From: Oceanospirillaceae bacterium
GTDB taxonomy: Bacteria; Pseudomonadota; Gammaproteobacteria; Pseudomonadales; Balneatricaceae
Length of the DNA stretch: 64,000 bases
Direction of reading: 5' to 3'
Assembly: GCA_002686055.1 (NCBI GenBank)
Contig: NYZU01000003.1
Span: 14,259-78,258, forward strand
Both the position numbers and the translations under genes were made by a program. The notes below the pieces were generated by a model. That model was not told the origin of the DNA. It saw only the letters and a program-made list of their open reading frames with translations, and did not search any database. This document shows, piece after piece, positions 61,182 to 64,000 of the stretch (positions are counted from its first letter, which is position 1; each line of letters opens with the position of its first letter).

Positions 61182-63221
61182 TTATCTACTTTTTTGTTGT
61201 TTTTGCAAGGTTTCTTTTTCCCCCAGTAGAATCTTTAGCTGTTGTTTGGCGGTATTGATATGTTCATCACTAGTAGCATTACGTAGGGTTTGACTTAAGT
61301 CATCAAAGCGTTGATCAAAGTAGTGATGATGTAACTTATCTATAGCCTCTTGTAATTGACTGCTATGGTCAGTAGTTACGGTCAAGGATTCTAGGGATGC
61401 TAAATTGCGCATCATGGGCCACGCTTCCAGATCAGCGCATTCGCTTTGCAATTCTACTGCTTGGGGTACGCGCTGCAATTGACTTTGTACCTGTTGGCAT
61501 ATTTCTAATAACTGCACCAAAATACTGGCGTCATGCATACGCAAGTAACGCAAATGTTCGGGTATTTCAGTATAGGCTTCAGCTAAACCGGGGTGCCTTA
61601 GTATCAGCCTAATGGCGGCTTGAGCAGGGTTTTGCACTCTAGATCCATGGCGGTGATCAAAGCCATGATCATGACTTGGTTGATGGCTATTTGTTGGCGA
61701 GTGTTGATTATGTTCAGGATGATATTCTGTTGCCCAAGTTTGGTCGTTGAGCACGTAGTCTGGCGGTAAATCAGTTTCAGAGTTACCAGCGGCAACTGGT
61801 TCTTCGGCATCTTTGCTGTTCGCTAAAGTACTCTGATCTGGCTTAGGTTGAGCACTTGACTCTTTGTTGTCAATATCTGGCTTATCACTTACGGCTGTTA
61901 ATTGGGCTAAAGTATCTTGATTGAGTCCAGTATGATCCTCTAATTTGCTAAGCATCATGCTGCGCATTAAACCTTTGGGCATAGCCTGAATAACTGGCAT
62001 CATATCCGTGGCTAATTTGGCGCGATGTTCTAAGTTGTGACTGTCCAGATCGTGGGAGAAATGTTGAAATAAAAATTCACTAAATGGTGTGGCATTAGCG
62101 ATCAGTTCAGTCAAGGTTTCACTACCATGTTTACGCACCATGGTGTCAGGATCTTCACCTTGTGGAAGTAGTAAGAAACGCGCTTGTCGACCATCTGTCA
62201 TAAAGGGTACACAAGTATGCATGGCGCGAACCGCAGCCTTAATACCGGCAGCATCGCCATCGAAGCAAAAAATAACTTCACTAACCATCTTAAAAATGCG
62301 TTCTAAATGGAATTGGCTAGTCGCAGTACCAAGAGTGGCAACGGCGAAATGGATTTGGTGTTGCGCTAATGCCACCACATCCATATAGCCTTCCACCACC
62401 AATAAACGTTTTAGATCGCGATTATGTTGACGGGCTTCGTAAAGGCCATAGAGTTCTTTTTCTTTGTGAAAAATGGCACTCTCTGGTGAGTTAAGGTACT
62501 TAGGTTTGCCATCCCCAAGGACGCGTCCACCAAATGCAATCACTTTGCCTTTGCTATTACGTATCGGGAACATAATACGTTCCCGAAAAAAATCATAAAC
62601 TCGGTCGTTATCTGGTTTTTTAACCGCCATGCCAATATCAATGAGAGCATTCTTTGCGGACTCGGTACTACCAAGGTTATCAAGCAGGTTTTGCCAGCCA
62701 GTAGGCGCAAATCCAATACCAAAACGCTGTGCTATTTGGCCACTTAGCCCACGCCCCTGCAAATAGCTAACGGCCTGTTTGCGTTGTGGGTGTTGGCGTA
62801 ATTGTTTTTGATAATAAGCGTTAGCCTGCTCAAGAAGATCATAGGCCTGATTGCGTGCCTGAGTTTTGGCTTGTTGGGCGGCAATGGCTGCAGGCGACAG
62901 ATTTTGGTCTTGTTTTGGCACATCCATACCAGCCTTACGGGCTAGTTCCTCAACAGCTTCGGGGAAACTTAGATGCTCTAATTCCATTAAAAACCCAATA
63001 GCATTGCCACCGGCGCCACAGCCAAAGCAATAATAAAATTGTTTGTCGGGGGCAACGCTAAATGAAGGTGTCTTTTCTTTGTGGAAAGGGCAGCAGGCGG
63101 TATAGTTACGACCACTGCGTTTCAGTTTGACGCGGCTATCAATTACATCAACAATATCCGTACGGTCAAGTAAGGTGTCAATAAAATCCTGAGGAATTCG
63201 TTGGGGTGTTTGCGCAGACAC
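61182..63221 (-). CDS. dnaG: DNA primase
   Basis: CPFHKEKTPSF..YYCFGC zinc finger, KYLNSPE, VVEGYMDV, FDGDAAG, DPD TOPRIM motifs. Confidence 0.97.
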   Translation of the reverse strand: MSAQTPQRIPQDFIDTLLDRTDIVDVIDSRVKLKRSGRNYTACCPFHKEKTPSFSVAPDKQFYYCFGCGAGGNAIGFLMELEHLSFPEAVEELARKAGMDVPKQDQNLSPAAIAAQQAKTQARNQAYDLLEQANAYYQKQLRQHPQRKQAVSYLQGRGLSGQIAQRFGIGFAPTGWQNLLDNLGSTESAKNALIDIGMAVKKPDNDRVYDFFRERIMFPIRNSKGKVIAFGGRVLGDGKPKYLNSPESAIFHKEKELYGLYEARQHNRDLKRLLVVEGYMDVVALAQHQIHFAVATLGTATSQFHLERIFKMVSEVIFCFDGDAAGIKAAVRAMHTCVPFMTDGRQARFLLLPQGEDPDTMVRKHGSETLTELIANATPFSEFLFQHFSHDLDSHNLEHRAKLATDMMPVIQAMPKGLMRSMMLSKLEDHTGLNQDTLAQLTAVSDKPDIDNKESSAQPKPDQSTLANSKDAEEPVAAGNSETDLPPDYVLNDQTWATEYHPEHNQHSPTNSHQPSHDHGFDHRHGSRVQNPAQAAIRLILRHPGLAEAYTEIPEHLRYLRMHDASILVQLLEICQQVQSQLQRVPQAVELQSECADLEAWPMMRNLASLESLTVTTDHSSQLQEAIDKLHHHYFDQRFDDLSQTLRNATSDEHINTAKQQLKILLGEKETLQKQQKSR

Positions 63222-63240
63222 GATAGCGCCTTGTTTCCGA

Positions 63241-63687
63241 TTAGTTTAAGCTGGCTTTAATTTGGGCGCTTACCTTACCAAGGTCGGCACGGCCTTGCAG
63301 TTGGGGTTTCAATTGCCCCATAACCTTGCCCATATCCTGCATGCTGTTGGCGCCAGTGGCGGCTATGGCAGCTGCAATAAGGGCATCTATTTCGGCCGAA
63401 GTAAGCTGGGCAGGCAAGAACTCCTGTACCACACCCATCTCATATTTTTCTTGATCGGCCAGATCATTACGACCTGCAGCCTCAAATTGGCTAATTGAGT
63501 CCCGCCGCTGTTTTAACATTTTATCTAACACGCTAAGAATACGAGCATCATCTAATTCAATTCGTTCATCAACTTCGATGCGCTTAATAGCAGCTAACAT
63601 ACCGCGTATAACAGTTAATCGCGCTTTATCTTTGGCACGCATAGCGGCTTTCTGGGCATCTTTAAGTTGGGATTTTAAATCAGACAT
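63241..63687 (-). CDS. GatB/YqeY domain-containing protein
   Basis: KAAMRAKDKARL, KQRRDSISQFEAAGR, DMGKVMG..KPQLQGRAD; between rpsU and dnaG. Confidence 0.93.
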   Translation of the reverse strand: MSDLKSQLKDAQKAAMRAKDKARLTVIRGMLAAIKRIEVDERIELDDARILSVLDKMLKQRRDSISQFEAAGRNDLADQEKYEMGVVQEFLPAQLTSAEIDALIAAAIAATGANSMQDMGKVMGQLKPQLQGRADLGKVSAQIKASLN

Positions 63688-63751
63688 GTAAAGCCTCGCG
63701 CTAGTTTATAAATGTTAAAATGGCCAATTGTGTAAACGCCAGAAACAACAA

Positions 63752-63779
63752 AGGGGCGGGTAACTGAAAACCGCCCCTA
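63752..63779 (-). terminator. Possible terminator hairpin after rpsU
   Basis: AGGGGCGG...CCGCCCCT inverted repeat; TTGTTGTTT follows on the - strand. Confidence 0.55.
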
Positions 63780-63867
63780 GGCTGTTGTCATAATGGCAAA
63801 GCCATTTGACAGAATCTAGTGCTTTTGACAGCTTGCCAACTAGCAAGCTTACAGCAAAAACTGTGTC

Positions 63868-64000
63868 TTAGTACAGGCGTACGTGACGACGGTTTTCGCG
63901 AGACACCTTTTTGGCGTGACGCTTAACAGCGGCAGCAGCTTTACGCTTGCGAACGCTGGTAGGCTTTTCGTAGAACTCACGCTTACGTACATCGGCTAGT
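63868..64000 (-). CDS. rpsU: 30S ribosomal protein S21 (5' end outside window)
   Basis: Not in ORF track; manual translation ...[43 protein letters not shown]. Confidence 0.97.
   Translation of the reverse strand, partial: LADVRKREFYEKPTSVRKRKAAAAVKRHAKKVSRENRRHVRLY

Overview
A 64 kb chromosomal window from a gammaproteobacterium; gene content and order suggest a marine Oceanospirillales/Pseudomonadales-like organism, but this is inference. Most of it is housekeeping: rsgA(partial), orn, queG, tsaE-amiB-mutL-miaA-hfq-hflX-hflK-hflC, xerD-dsbC, hom-thrC-recJ, betA, trhP, selO, recC-recB-recD, and rpsU(partial)-yqeY-dnaG-rpoD-tRNA-Ile2(CAT). Three accessory modules stand out. (1) A tightly coupled four-gene operon (48.3-52.9 kb) encodes a complete B12-dependent glutamate mutase (S, E and L subunits) plus an AMP-forming ligase with non-canonical catalytic motifs. 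No methylaspartate ammonia-lyase, carrier protein or NRPS/PKS gene is present in the window, and an RraA/HMG-aldolase gene is transcribed divergently. This is the best candidate for an undescribed pathway. (2) An MMPL/RND + LolA-like + outer-membrane barrel cassette lies between dsbC and hom. It has a perfect-consensus sigma70 promoter overlapped by a 30-bp palindrome, and no regulator gene nearby. (3) A low-GC block beside tRNA-Ile2 encodes a small winged-HTH protein and two paralogous stand-alone MASE1-like membrane proteins. No CRISPR array, IS element, prophage or rRNA was seen. All family assignments come from motif recognition by eye; no database search was run.
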